From Candidatus Staskawiczbacteria bacterium (GTDB lineage Bacteria > Patescibacteriota > Minisyncoccia > Minisyncoccales > Staskawiczbacteraceae): a stretch of 64,000 nt of DNA. Positions 51,535 to 59,334 of this stretch are shown piece by piece (within the stretch, counting starts at the first letter, position 1; every line of letters begins with the position of its first letter). The translations under genes were made by a program, and so were the position numbers. Location of the stretch: positions 21,066 to 85,065 of the forward strand of contig JAPLZF010000015.1 in assembly GCA_026395175.1 (NCBI GenBank), read 5' to 3'. The notes under the pieces were generated by a model that ran no database searches, was not told the DNA's origin, and worked only from the letters and a program-made list of their open reading frames with translations.

Positions 51535-52329
51535 TTAATGCTTAGAATATTTTTCAACCTCGCCGATAAAATCAAATATTTTTTTGAACAATTCCAATCT
51601 GTGCTCGTCGACGGTCATTACATGATAATGGCTTTGAAGCCAATAAATTTTTTTGAAGGAAGAATCCAAATGCTCATAAATATATGTTGCGCTTTTGGGA
51701 TGGATTACCGGGTCGGAATCTGAATGAGCCACAAGCGCCGGAATTTTTATTTTATTCAAATTGGGAATTGTTTCGTTTTTTACAAAGCTGAAAAACTGGC
51801 GCAAATTTTTGCTGGGAATCACAGGATAAGTCACCTCATCCATCATGTCAATATAATCTGTTTTATAAACCCGGGGCGGCTTGTGATAATATTTTTTAAA
51901 CAATCCATAAGTGTAAAGCCTGCAAAGCAAAAACTTTTGATATCTTAAAAAAATCGGCGCGCCCAAAGTTATAATTCCTTCCTGCTCGTTGCCAGTTTTT
52001 TTTATCAGCCAAAATCCCAAATTAGAGCCGAAAGAATCTCCTATTATAAAAATTTTTTCAGATATTTTTTTCAGTTCCAGATAAGCGTCCATGGCAGATT
52101 TGGTCCAATCTTTTGGCGAAGATTTCATAAAATCTTCCGGAGAAGTTCCATGTCCGGCTATTAAGGGAGCCAGCACATTGAATCCCCTGTCGGCCATAAA
52201 AACGCTCAATTCCCTGAATTCAGCCGGAGTGCTGGAAAATCCGTGGAGCATTAAAACTCCTGTTTTTGATTTTTTATTTATAAAAATTTCTTCTGCTCCT
52301 TTCATTTTTGATTTTTTATATAATTTCAA
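51535..52329 (-). CDS. Alpha/beta hydrolase (carboxylesterase/monoacylglycerol-lipase-like)
   Basis: 264 aa. HGF is the oxyanion region, the nucleophile elbow is GDSFGS, and a C-terminal His lies in SHYHVMT. Confidence 0.75.
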   Translation of the reverse strand: MKLYKKSKMKGAEEIFINKKSKTGVLMLHGFSSTPAEFRELSVFMADRGFNVLAPLIAGHGTSPEDFMKSSPKDWTKSAMDAYLELKKISEKIFIIGDSFGSNLGFWLIKKTGNEQEGIITLGAPIFLRYQKFLLCRLYTYGLFKKYYHKPPRVYKTDYIDMMDEVTYPVIPSKNLRQFFSFVKNETIPNLNKIKIPALVAHSDSDPVIHPKSATYIYEHLDSSFKKIYWLQSHYHVMTVDEHRLELFKKIFDFIGEVEKYSKH

Positions 52330-52534
52330 TTATTTTATTTCTGGAAGAATATCCGGAAACAATTTTAATTTTTGAAGATGCTGTTTTAAAATATACTGCC
52401 AAAGCATTCCTTATTGCCTCATTTGCTTTTCCTTTAAGCGGCGGTTCTTTTACAGACACCACATAATTATTTTCATCTATTTTTTCAACTTTTTCCTCTC
52501 TAGCGCATGGTTTTGCTTTAACAAATATTTTCAT
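52316..52534 (-). CDS. DUF167 (YggU-like) small protein
   Basis: MKIFVKAKPCAREEKVEKID...VSVKEPPLKGKANEAIRNALAVYF is the YggU-family pattern. An internal Met was chosen as the start. Confidence 0.65.
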   Translation of the reverse strand: MKIFVKAKPCAREEKVEKIDENNYVVSVKEPPLKGKANEAIRNALAVYFKTASSKIKIVSGYSSRNKIIEII

Positions 52535-52550
52535 AGTTTGTTGCCGAGCG

Positions 52551-53849
52551 TTAAACAATAACAGCTTCTCCTTCGCCAATTAAAGCGACTTCCCTGCCCT
52601 GCACCAAAATTGCCTGGCCGTCTGTTAAAATTTTCAATTTTTTTGCCCTTTTTCTTGGATTTTTTATCTGCTGTTTTATAGTTTCTGCATTTTCCGGCTG
52701 GTAGTGGACAAAAATATCAAACCCTACAAGATTTAATCCTTTCAAATTTTTCAAGCCAACCATATTTTTATCCCCGTTTTTCCAACCGGCTGTTTTTATT
52801 GTTTTGCCCGCCACTATGCTTCCAGCTGACGCGCCAATATAAACCTTGCCCCATTTCAATAATTTTCTTATCACTTTTTCAAAATTGCATTCCCGCATTG
52901 ATTTTAATAAATAAAAAGTATTGCCTCCTTCAACAAAAATAATATCTTTCAGTTCCAGCAATTTCATAACTTCTGATTCTGTTTTTCCGTCAATGTCCAC
53001 TTCCTCAACATTGAAACCCAATTCGTCCCGCATAATATTCCAATCTTTTTTCAAATAATCCAAATTTTCTTCCGGCTTTGCGGCGGTTGTAATGAAAGCA
53101 ACAGTCACGTCGTAAGCTGGCTTCTGCAATAATTTTATTATCTCATTTTTCATTTGCATTCCGTTGGAAGTCAAAAGCAGAGTTTTTGCCATATTATGCC
53201 TTACAATTCCTTTAATCAGCCCAACTAAATAATAAATCAAAGCCAAAAATATCAATAATGCTCCAATTGCCGCAACTCCGCCAATTCCGAAAGGCGTAAG
53301 AAAAAATTGCAAAACAGATGTTTTGAAAAATGATATTTTTAATAATGGCAATTGCCAATAAATATTCAAAATAGACAAAGCATCAAAAGATTCTGTTTTG
53401 CCGACAGCCAAAACATATTTGCCAGAATTATTTTTTGAAAAAACTTCTATTTTATATTTTCCTGCCGGCAATTTTTCATCAAGCTCCGGGCCTTTCAAAT
53501 AATAATCTCTGCCGAACGGCTCATAAAATTCCTGCCATGCAAATGAGTTTCCGTCTAGAGAAAATATTTTTTTATCCTGGCTGTCAAAAACATCCGCAAA
53601 ATATCTAGAGTCTTTGTTTTCAGGATTGGGAACCAAAAGATTTATGTATAAATCAAAATCTTTACTGGAATCAATAAAATAATCTCGCGGTTGCCCTTTT
53701 AACTCATCATAAAATGCCTGAGAAATTTCTGGATTATTTATTTTTACATCTCCTGACTGCAAATAAATAATTCTCGGCTGATGAGCCGAAACGTTCCCAG
53801 CTGTTGCTAAAAACAAAAAAATTACGAGGAAAAAAATTAGTTTTTTCAT
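52551..53849 (-). CDS. Membrane protein: secreted N-terminal domain, TM helices, and a cytoplasmic S51 (peptidase E-like) domain
   Basis: 432 aa with a signal peptide. The N-terminal domain is unassigned (AHQPRIIYL...). There are 2 TM helices. The C-terminus has FVEGGNTFYLL and YIGASAGS, which are peptidase E/S51 motifs. Confidence 0.55.
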   Translation of the reverse strand: MKKLIFFLVIFLFLATAGNVSAHQPRIIYLQSGDVKINNPEISQAFYDELKGQPRDYFIDSSKDFDLYINLLVPNPENKDSRYFADVFDSQDKKIFSLDGNSFAWQEFYEPFGRDYYLKGPELDEKLPAGKYKIEVFSKNNSGKYVLAVGKTESFDALSILNIYWQLPLLKISFFKTSVLQFFLTPFGIGGVAAIGALLIFLALIYYLVGLIKGIVRHNMAKTLLLTSNGMQMKNEIIKLLQKPAYDVTVAFITTAAKPEENLDYLKKDWNIMRDELGFNVEEVDIDGKTESEVMKLLELKDIIFVEGGNTFYLLKSMRECNFEKVIRKLLKWGKVYIGASAGSIVAGKTIKTAGWKNGDKNMVGLKNLKGLNLVGFDIFVHYQPENAETIKQQIKNPRKRAKKLKILTDGQAILVQGREVALIGEGEAVIV

Positions 53850-53853
53850 TGAA

Positions 53854-54639
53854 CTATCTTTTATGGCTACAGCTACAAGCTCCGCAATCCATGCCGCATT
53901 CGCAACAATGGAAGCAAAGATACGGACGGCATTCGCATTTATCTTTTTGGCTCATTTGCCTGTGACATTTTTTGCACGTTACAGCAATTTTTGCTTCGTT
54001 TTTTATTGCTTCTCTTAAGCTTTCTTCCTCTTCCAACAACACAGCATTTTTGTCATTTTTATAAATCGGGCCGTGGCCCGGAATAATCCAGTCTGCCATT
54101 TTCATAACCATTTCCCTGCTTTCCTTTAATCTTTCAGGATTTGAAGCGAAAGCGTCATCGCGCGGGTCTCTGGGATAATTCTCTTTCCAAAAAACATCTC
54201 CGCAAATTGCGACAACTCCGGGGTGCCTGCTTTCGGGCTCAGTAGTAACCAAAAGCGTAATTCCGGTGTAATCGTGTCCGGGAGTGTGCAAAATCTGTAT
54301 GTTACTTGTAAATTTTTCAGGCCAAGCATCAACAGTCTGTTTATTCCACAAACCGAAATATTCCAAAGTTTTGGCATGGGGAAACATCCCAATATTCCTA
54401 TAATGGTCTATGTGCGAATGCGTAATGCAAACAACATTAACATCTTGGACTGTTAAATTTTCTTTTTTTAAAGCGTCAACTAAAATCTGCTGGTTATCCA
54501 AAACTCCGGGGTCAACCACCATCACAATATCGCCGTCGCGAACTAATGAAATAGTGGGCCTGGTTTTTTCTTCGCCCATTCCAATTACAGAATCAGCGTT
54601 GGTATAGCCTTCAATTAAAATTTTAACTTCTGCCGCCAT
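53854..54639 (-). CDS. Metallo-beta-lactamase-fold hydrolase with a Cys-rich C-terminal tail
   Basis: HSHIDHYRN is the HxHxDH motif. A later His lies in TPGHDY, with a later Asp region in CGDVF. The last ~40 aa are TCKKCHRQMSQKDKCECRPYLCFHCCECGMDCGACSCSHKR (14 Cys). Confidence 0.8.
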   Translation of the reverse strand: MAAEVKILIEGYTNADSVIGMGEEKTRPTISLVRDGDIVMVVDPGVLDNQQILVDALKKENLTVQDVNVVCITHSHIDHYRNIGMFPHAKTLEYFGLWNKQTVDAWPEKFTSNIQILHTPGHDYTGITLLVTTEPESRHPGVVAICGDVFWKENYPRDPRDDAFASNPERLKESREMVMKMADWIIPGHGPIYKNDKNAVLLEEEESLREAIKNEAKIAVTCKKCHRQMSQKDKCECRPYLCFHCCECGMDCGACSCSHKR

Positions 54640-54651
54640 ATTTTTTTCATA

Positions 54652-55200
54652 TTAAATATTTGCTATCCAAATGAAATAATTTAAAATTCCGGCGAACGAA
54701 ACCCACAGAATATATGGAAGCAACAAATAAGCCGCGGTTTTAGAAACTCTGTAAAAATTAATAATCGTATAAATTATTGCAACCCAAAGCATCAGCAGTT
54801 CAAAAAAAGCAACTCCGGGCGAATGCATTCCAAAAAATATTACTGACCACAAAATATTAAGGACAAGCTGAACCGCAAAAATTATAATAATGTTTGCTTT
54901 CTGCCACTTGCCTGATAAAAATTTTTGCGACAATTTATTCCATGGCTTTCTGCCTTTAAAATTAATTTTGTTATTCACAAGAAACCTTTCAGACCAGACC
55001 AGATACAGAGAAATTCCCATTAAAACAAATATAACCGTCCACACCGGGCCGAAAATCCAATTTGGCGGGTTAAACCCCGGCTTATTCAAACTTTGGTACC
55101 AATTGTTTATTTCGGGCGTTGTAAAACCGGCTCCGACAGCTCCGGCCAATTCGCAAATAATTATACTTACTAAAAATTTGTATAAATTATTGTATTTCAT
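54652..55200 (-). CDS. tspO: TspO/MBR tryptophan-rich sensory protein
   Basis: 182 aa with 5 TM helices. It is Trp-rich, with motifs W(Y)QSLNKP.FNPPNWIFGPVWTVIF and ..LLPYILWVSFA. Confidence 0.85.
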   Translation of the reverse strand: MKYNNLYKFLVSIIICELAGAVGAGFTTPEINNWYQSLNKPGFNPPNWIFGPVWTVIFVLMGISLYLVWSERFLVNNKINFKGRKPWNKLSQKFLSGKWQKANIIIIFAVQLVLNILWSVIFFGMHSPGVAFFELLMLWVAIIYTIINFYRVSKTAAYLLLPYILWVSFAGILNYFIWIANI

Positions 55201-55228
55201 TTTATTATTTGCAGCAGTTCGATAATTC

Positions 55229-55606
55229 TCACTGCTTGCAGTCTTGCGGACACTCTTTTAAAGTTTCCGGACAGATGCAGCTTAAATTATTAGCATCGCA
55301 GTTTGGATCTGTTTTTTGGCAGACGCCGTCTCCGCATTTATCCACACAAATGCTTAACGAGCCTCCCCCGTTTTCTCCCTGAGCTTGTATTTGAACCTGC
55401 GGAGCAGAAATTATTGCATTATCTTGACCGGCAGAACTATTTTCTGGCGTTTGTTCTGTCTGCGTTTGCGCTCCGCCTGCAGAATTCTGCGTTTTAATTC
55501 CAGAATTGCCGGTATATTTATAAATTGCAAAACCAGCCAATAAAATAACAACAACCAATGCAATCAAAATTATCAAAACTTTTTTATCTAATTTAGAGAA
55601 TATCAT
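55229..55606 (-). CDS. Small secreted or anchored Cys-rich protein
   Basis: 125 aa with an N-terminal TM/signal and a low-complexity Q/A/G linker. The C-terminal 8-Cys module is CVDKCGDGVCQ..DPNCD..LSCICP..CPQDC. Upstream is the promoter TAGACA-N17-TATAAT (55641-55646 and 55618-55623). Confidence 0.4.
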   Translation of the reverse strand: MIFSKLDKKVLIILIALVVVILLAGFAIYKYTGNSGIKTQNSAGGAQTQTEQTPENSSAGQDNAIISAPQVQIQAQGENGGGSLSICVDKCGDGVCQKTDPNCDANNLSCICPETLKECPQDCKQ

Positions 55607-55646
55607 ATTTTTTATTTATTATAAGCCAAAATTTATTTTATGTCTA

Positions 55647-55711
55647 TTCACCCTGTCAAATAATTTTGCCAAAGTCAAAATTAGCGCAAAGCGCTATTTG
55701 ACAGGGTAAAC
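55647..55711. repeat. Nested-palindrome repeat, copy 4 (overlaps the metK stop)
   Basis: TTCACCCTGTCAAAT-AATTTTGCCAAAGTCAAAATT-AGCGCAAAGCGCT-ATTTGACAGGGTAAAC. The right end supplies the metK C-terminus ..VYPVK and its stop. Confidence 0.8.
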
Positions 55712-56752
55712 TTTTTCCCATGGAAGATTTTCTTTTCCAAAATGACCGTATGCCGAGGTCTGCAAATATATGGGTTTTCGCAGGTCTAATCTTTCAATTA
55801 TTGCTTGAGGCTTGAAATCAAAATTCTTTTTTACAATTTCAGACAAATCTTCTCCTTTTTCATTTTGCGCGGAAACCATTAAAGGTTCTGCCCTGCCAAT
55901 TGCATAAGCCACAGAAACCAGACATTGTTTGGCAAATCCGTTTGCCACCAAATTTTTTGCCACAAACCTTGCCATATAAGCTGCAGACCTATCAACTTTG
56001 CTTGGGTCTTTTCCGGAAAATGCGCCACCACCGTGAGGAATCAGCCCGCAATAGGTATCAACCATAATTTTTCTGCCGGTTAACCCTGCATCTGCTTCAA
56101 AACCGTCGGCGCCAATTACAAACCTGCCGGTGGGGTTTACTAAAATTTCTATATCAGAAATATCTCCAATAATCGGTTTTATCAGTTTTTCCGTCAGAGT
56201 ATTTTTTATTTCTTCGTTGCTCACAGAATCGGCATGCTGGGTGCTAATTAAAACAGTTTTTATTTTGTCCTCAAAAACAGTAATTTGCGTTTTGCCGTCC
56301 GGTTTTATCCACTTAACCTCCCCGCTTTTTCTTAAATTTTCCAAACCTTTTGCCAACGCATGGACTTTTACAATTGAAACCGGTAAAAATTCCGGAGTTT
56401 CGTCGGTGGCGTATCCATACATAATTCCCTGGTCGCCTGCTCCGCCCGTATCAACACCCATGGCAATATCCGTTGACTGCTTGATAATTCCAATTGTTGT
56501 CACAAAATCCTGTTCAAACCCAATATCTTTATAAACTTTTTTTACAATTCCCTCTGCATTAAATTCTGCTTTTGTTGTCACTTCTCCGCCAATAATCAGC
56601 ATCCCATGATTTCCAAATGTTTCAATGCCGGCTCTTGTATTTGGGTCTTGCCTCAAGCACTCGTCTAATATGGCGTCTGAAAATTGGTCGCACATTTTAT
56701 CCGGATGTCCGGATGTTACGCTTTCTACTGTGTACGTTTTTGGTGTAAACAT
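55694..56752 (-). CDS. metK: S-adenosylmethionine synthetase
   Basis: 352 aa. Contains SGHPDKMCDQ, GAGDQG, DTYCG..HGGGAFSGKDPSKVDRSAAY. It is somewhat short compared with the ~385-aa typical MetK. Confidence 0.9.
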   Translation of the reverse strand: MFTPKTYTVESVTSGHPDKMCDQFSDAILDECLRQDPNTRAGIETFGNHGMLIIGGEVTTKAEFNAEGIVKKVYKDIGFEQDFVTTIGIIKQSTDIAMGVDTGGAGDQGIMYGYATDETPEFLPVSIVKVHALAKGLENLRKSGEVKWIKPDGKTQITVFEDKIKTVLISTQHADSVSNEEIKNTLTEKLIKPIIGDISDIEILVNPTGRFVIGADGFEADAGLTGRKIMVDTYCGLIPHGGGAFSGKDPSKVDRSAAYMARFVAKNLVANGFAKQCLVSVAYAIGRAEPLMVSAQNEKGEDLSEIVKKNFDFKPQAIIERLDLRKPIYLQTSAYGHFGKENLPWEKVYPVK

Positions 56753-56776
56753 TTTTTTTATTTTTAATAATACTTG

Positions 56777-56848
56777 TGGGCGCGGAAGGAATCGGACCTT
56801 CGACCTCTGTCTTATCAGGACAGCGTTCTACCACTGAACTACGCGCCC
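56777..56848 (-). tRNA. tRNA-Ile (anticodon GAU)
   Basis: The minus strand reads GGGCGCG-TA-GTTC-AGTGGTA-GAAC-G-CTGTC-CTGATAA-GACAG-AGGTC-GAAGG-TCCGATT-CCTTC-CGCGCCC-A. This is a canonical cloverleaf with anticodon loop CU-GAU-AA. CCA is not encoded. Confidence 0.9.
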
Positions 56849-56894
56849 ATATTATTTAAGATTTTACCAAAAAAATCGACACATTGCAAATGCA

Positions 56895-57333
56895 AACAAA
56901 AAAAGAAGCGGGTCTGTATTTGGTTTCAGACCCGCCTATGAGATGTGTTTTCGGGACATAACCAGCCTAAGCTGGTTGGCTAGCAAGACCGCCCGTTGCT
57001 GTCGGCCTCCTGTTTCTTTTTGGCATTACAGGCTGTCGCTGTCATCTCTTTGCGGGATATCGTCCCGTGGCGAAAAAAAGTGGAAAAGAGCAAAACGGAA
57101 CAGTTGGCAGAGGAGATTTGTATGCAAGGTTGTTCGGCACCAGAGAACTGGGGGAGGCTCTCTATACCTCGCACGCATTTACCTATCCCGCGATAGGCTC
57201 GTAGGGCATTGCACCCTAACGAAATCTCACAATCGAAGCTGGACGATTACACTATGATACGTACAGAGCATTCTCCTCGCGTAATAGATTATGCTGCTGT
57301 GCGTTGTGGGAGTGCTCTGCCAACTGTCCGAAT
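56895..57333 (-). ncRNA. Unclassified GC-rich structured RNA candidate (~380-nt core plus terminator)
   Basis: It has its own promoter (57340-57368) and terminator (GCGGGTCTG..CAGACCCGC plus T-run, 56895-56935). The 5' UUCGGAC (57326-57332) can pair with 3' GUCCCGAA (56950-56957). A perfect 13-bp long-range helix joins 57315-57327 and 57100-57112. There are several local hairpins, such as AACCAGC-uuag-GCUGGUU. No convincing ORF or SD is present. Confidence 0.45.
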
Positions 57334-57339
57334 GGTTTG

Positions 57340-57368
57340 ATGATAGCAAAGTTAACAGATTATGTCAA
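57340..57368 (-). promoter_or_regulatory. Promoter TTGACA-N17-TATCAT directly after the gatA stop
   Basis: The minus strand reads CTATTGACATAATCTGTTAACTTTGCTATCATCAAACC. Confidence 0.5.
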
Positions 57369-57371
57369 TAG

Positions 57372-58799
57372 TTACGACTCCATCTGCGAGGCTATGCTCA
57401 ATATCTTGTTTTCCTGAAAATGATTTCCGATAATCTGCAAACCAACCGGTAAGCCACCGACTTTTCCGGCTGGCAAAGACAATGCCGGCAAACCTGCCAA
57501 GTTTACAGAAATTGTATAAATATCCATTAAATAGTTTGCCAAAGGATCATCTGTTTTCTCTCCAATTTTAATTGCCGGCACCGGTGAAACCGGGCAAAAT
57601 ATTAAATCTACCTTTTCAAAGGCTTTTGCAAAATCCTGTTTTATCAATTGCCTGACCTCCTGAGCTTTTTTATAATATGCGTCATAATATCCGGACGACA
57701 AAGCATAAGTTCCAATAAGAATTCTTCTTTTGACTTCAGGACCTAATCCTTTCCCTCTGCTTTTTAAATAAACATCTAATAAGTTACCATCTTGTTCTGA
57801 CAATCCATATCTTATTCCATCGAACCTGGCCAAGTTAGCTGAAGCTTCGCAGGGAACTATAATATAATAACAAGCCAAAGCAAATTCTGCATTGGGCAAA
57901 CTTATTTCTTTAATTTCAGCCCCGGCTTCTTTTGCTTTTTTAATTGCATCTTTTACTATTTTTTCAACTTCCGGGTCCAATCCTTTTACCTGTCCTGAGC
58001 CGTGTCGAAGGGCAAAATATTCTTTTGGAACTCCAATTTTTAAACCTTTTAAATTTATGTCAGATTCCTCGAATTTATAATCAACAGAAGTTGCATCTTT
58101 TGAATCTTTTCCACAAATTGCTTCAAAAATAATTTTGCAATCCTCAACATTTTTTGCCATCGGTCCAATTTGGTCTAAAGATGATGCATGAGCAATTAGT
58201 CCATACCTTGAAACCGCTCCATAGGTTGGTTTTAAGCCCACAATACCGCAATTAGAAGATGGCATCCTAATTGAGCCTCCTGTATCAGATCCTAAGGCAT
58301 AGCAGGCCTCATTTGCCGCCACAGCAGCTCCAGGGCCCGAAGAACTGCCTCCGGCAACTCTTGTCTTGTCGTGCGGATTTTTTGTTGCGCCAAATGCAGA
58401 ATTTTCTCCGCTTCCTCCCATTGTAAATTCATCTGTATTTCCTTTTCCTAAAATCACAGCTCCCGCTTCCTTTAATTTTTTTACAACAGTTGCATCATAC
58501 GGGGCTACATAATTTTCTAAAATTTTTGAGGCTGCTGTACATTTTTGCCCTTCAACCATTATTGCATCTTTTATTGCGCAAGGAATTCCGCAAAGAATTG
58601 AAAATTCTCCTGTTTTTATTTTTTCATCAGCTTTTCTTGCTTCTTCTAACGCTAAATCCTCTGTAATTGACAAATAAGCATTCAAATCGCTTTTCTTAAT
58701 TTTTTCCAAATAAGCCTTTGTCAAATCAACAGAAGTAAAATCTTTATTTTTTAATCCCTCGTGCGCCTGTTTAATTGTAAGTTCGGTTAAATCCTGCAT
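57372..58799 (-). CDS. gatA: Glutamyl-tRNA(Gln)/aspartyl-tRNA(Asn) amidotransferase subunit A
   Basis: 475 aa. The amidase signature is GGSSSGPGAAVA..GSDTGGSIR. It overlaps the gatC stop by 1 nt. Confidence 0.9.
   Translation of the reverse strand: MQDLTELTIKQAHEGLKNKDFTSVDLTKAYLEKIKKSDLNAYLSITEDLALEEARKADEKIKTGEFSILCGIPCAIKDAIMVEGQKCTAASKILENYVAPYDATVVKKLKEAGAVILGKGNTDEFTMGGSGENSAFGATKNPHDKTRVAGGSSSGPGAAVAANEACYALGSDTGGSIRMPSSNCGIVGLKPTYGAVSRYGLIAHASSLDQIGPMAKNVEDCKIIFEAICGKDSKDATSVDYKFEESDINLKGLKIGVPKEYFALRHGSGQVKGLDPEVEKIVKDAIKKAKEAGAEIKEISLPNAEFALACYYIIVPCEASANLARFDGIRYGLSEQDGNLLDVYLKSRGKGLGPEVKRRILIGTYALSSGYYDAYYKKAQEVRQLIKQDFAKAFEKVDLIFCPVSPVPAIKIGEKTDDPLANYLMDIYTISVNLAGLPALSLPAGKVGGLPVGLQIIGNHFQENKILSIASQMES
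57988..58013. repeat. Short GC-rich repeat, copy in gatA (encodes ALRHGSGQV)
   Basis: Plus strand is ACCTGTCCTGAGCCGTGTCGAAGGGC. The coding sense is GCCCTTCGACACGGCTCAGGACAGGTAAAA. Confidence 0.7.
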
Positions 58800-59089
58800 T
58801 ATAAAATAGTTTTAACTTTAATGTAGCCGTCTTTTTTATCCGGCGATGCTTCAATTATTCCACTAGCAATATCACTTCTCTCTACTTCGTCCTTTCGCAA
58901 ACCGCCACTACACGTTTTTTGCTCGAGCAAAATTTGTGCAGTTTCCGGTTTTGGAGCCTTCTTAAGCAAATCAAAATAATCCAAAATTGCCGACAGGTCT
59001 TTCTGCATTTTTTCTATTTCATTTTCAGTCAATTCAAGACGTGCTAGCTTCGCGATGTGCTCAACCTCCTGTTTAGATATCATAATCAA
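58799..59089 (-). CDS. gatC: Amidotransferase subunit C
   Basis: 96 aa. VEHIAKLARLELTENEIEKMQKDLSAILDYFDLL is the classic GatC N-terminus. Confidence 0.8.
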   Translation of the reverse strand: MIMISKQEVEHIAKLARLELTENEIEKMQKDLSAILDYFDLLKKAPKPETAQILLEQKTCSGGLRKDEVERSDIASGIIEASPDKKDGYIKVKTIL

Positions 59090-59100
59090 TTTTGCTATAT

Positions 59101-59170
59101 GTTCACCCGGTCAAATAAAATCCTTCGGATTTTAATTTTGGCAAAGCCAAAATTATTTGACTGGGTAGAC
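59101..59170. repeat. Nested-palindrome repeat, copy 5 (upstream of gatC)
   Basis: GTTCACCCGGTCAAAT-AAAATCCTTCGGATTTT-AATTTTGGCAAAGCCAAAATT-ATTTGACTGGGTAGAC. The hairpin order is inverted relative to copy 4. Confidence 0.8.
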
Positions 59171-59225
59171 CTCTTCTTTAGAAATCATTAAATTATAATA
59201 ACAGATTTTTTTGCCAATGAAAAGA

Positions 59226-59254
59226 TTGACATAAACAATTTTATATCCTATTAT
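59226..59254 (+). promoter_or_regulatory. Plus-strand promoter TTGACA-N17-TATTAT reading into the GC-rich cassette
   Basis: TTGACATAAACAATTTTATATCCTATTAT. The -35 is at 59226-59231 and the -10 at 59249-59254. Confidence 0.5.
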
Positions 59255-59334
59255 TATTTATCACGAAGTTTTAACCGAACCTTCACAACTGGGCGCTACT
59301 GCCCTGCGAAAGCTAAACGTAGCAGGAGGAACAT

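Noticed and set aside
56943-57257. ORFs of 64-104 aa inside the GC-rich region (56943-57257 +, 56996-57196 +, 56980-57174 -)
   Set aside because: They have no SD or promoter in the right orientation and give Arg/Cys/Ser-rich nonsense-like translations. The region is bracketed by a minus-strand promoter and terminator and is full of stems.
56895-57333. Assignment as RNase P RNA or tmRNA
   Set aside because: The size and terminal helix are suggestive, and a short frame ending ..TAA-stop exists. However, I find no GAAAGUCC/ACAGAA-type P4 strands and no tRNA-like T-arm (GGUUCGA), and there is no 3' CCA context. The 13-bp helix topology also does not match P2. It is left unclassified.
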